Shown: one piece after another, positions 63,901 to 64,000 of the stretch | Layout of the letters: every line of letters starts with the position of its first letter | Position numbering within the stretch: the first letter of the stretch is position 1 | NCBI GenBank assembly: GCA_963664305.2 | Contig: CAXXLV010000002.1 | Span: forward strand, 1,472,001-1,536,000 | Length of the DNA stretch: 64,000 nt | Direction of reading: 5' to 3' | Origin: an uncultured Aliarcobacter sp. | GTDB lineage: Bacteria; Campylobacterota; Campylobacteria; Campylobacterales; Arcobacteraceae | The notes under the pieces: generated by a model | Database searches by the model: none | The model's input: the letters and a program-made list of their open reading frames with translations, nothing else | Told to the model about the DNA's origin: nothing | Made by a program: the position numbers and the translations under genes

Positions 63901-64000
63901 CTTTAGGAAATGGGCTTGGAATGAAAACAATTGCAGAAGGTGTTGAAAAAGAAGAACAAAAAGAGTTTTTAAAAAAAGAGGGATGTGACGAAATTCAAGG
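60924..64000 (+). CDS. CBS-PAS-GGDEF-EAL protein; 3'-truncated and absent from ORF track
   Basis: ATG 60924 MSLTKLISKE..VVGIITERDIL (CBS), PIGILTESDV, PAS repeats, HDPLTNLPNR, RKND I-site, RIGGDEF, GAEALIRW, VDDFGTGYSSL. Confidence 0.92.
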   Translation, partial: MSLTKLISKENDSINFDVTLQEILDSMIKNHTKHFVLLNNKKVVGIITERDILFLYSKHIDLNSKAINYANKILITTKIDRKTNYILGLMLNHKVRRIIVLDNENNYLGTILQEKLIYEFEQDIFKTTIKAIDIIRGKEKAISIQKDATIQNALDIMNEKKIGSILVFNDNSPIGILTESDVINLAQKHVDTTLIINQFMQNNLITFNSNESLFQIVKTMREKDIRRAVIFDNISLNYFIITSKEILNNIKGNYNLFLESKLKDVKNTFNSLNEAVIELFDNDEEQIIYWFNQKAKNLFPIKVDENITNLISKARWDLIYKKIKSNDFKETEIIEIGENIFQLTVIYSEIMDNSIIKLLFTNISEIANKNRQIEDNFKFLFEEVPYAYQSLNHFGIITNVNKKWLELTGYEKNEVIGQKFSQFTDESFEKLKSLFANFLKTKHVENEKIKLRKKNGEIILASFTGNISEFNGELNTHCIFKDITEEEIIQNKLKLSDIVFENTTEGIIITNEKKEIISVNYAFTEITGYTLDEIKGKNPKILKSGRHEKDFYTNLWDSLEKKGSYKGEIWNRKKSGEIYPEWLNLSVVKDTNGKILNYVALFSDITKIKNSNAKIEFLAHHDPLTNLPNRLLLKARLIKSIEKAHELKQRIAVFFIDIDNFKLINDTYGHSIGDKIINLVASRLHKNIRKNDTISRIGGDEFIIVIEDILENKDIERIAKKIVNDFKESIQLEDYIFDITVSVGISIFPNNGLNAEDLIKHADTAMYSAKNAGRNQYQFYKDEMTSEIFEKIIMKQELAEALKNNEFEVYYQPQIDLKTNTILGAEALIRWNHKTLGVISPENFIPYAEESKLIIPIGEFVLKKACKFIKKLNDLQILDNGIVAVNISNIQIKYSQLLKSIVKVLEDSKLSPENLEIELTESYIMEDVEESLLVLENLKNLGIKLAVDDFGTGYSSLNYLKLFPIDKLKIDKSFIKGLPSNKKDIAIARTIIALGNGLGMKTIAEGVEKEEQKEFLKKEGCDEIQ

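Overview
Very AT-rich chromosomal window from an epsilon-proteobacterium (Campylobacterota). The gene content and order (ubiE-xseA, DUF2018-ispB-hemA-proS, yajC-secD-secF-...-leuS-lptE-folC-...-mfd) and the many PAS/Cache/c-di-GMP proteins best fit Arcobacteraceae; this is inference. It is mostly core genome (groESL with CIRCE, ispA, panD, mfd, folC, leuS, secDF-yajC, lnt, cca, proS, hemA, hisD, aroK) interleaved with signalling genes (two-component systems, MCPs, CheW, HD-GYP, GGDEF and GGDEF-EAL proteins). I saw no tRNA, rRNA, CRISPR array, IS element or prophage. Best leads: (1) a coupled DUF3015 + DUF4105 (Lnb-like His/Cys domain fused to an outer-membrane beta-barrel) pair abutting lnt; (2) two unannotated small transcription units (~26107-26222 sRNA with an anti-SD/anti-start motif; ~852-1012 with a 12-codon micro-ORF); (3) an SF2 helicase fused to an apparently dead AEP-primase-like domain, coupled to folC; (4) a pho-box-like promoter on an OlsF-like lipid synthase; (5) a ParA-like ATPase plus membrane partner, a pseudo-kinase/kinase pair, a Cas2/VapD-like gene coupled to mfd, an orphan cowN, and an ATC start codon. 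All family calls come from motif recognition by eye; no searches were run.
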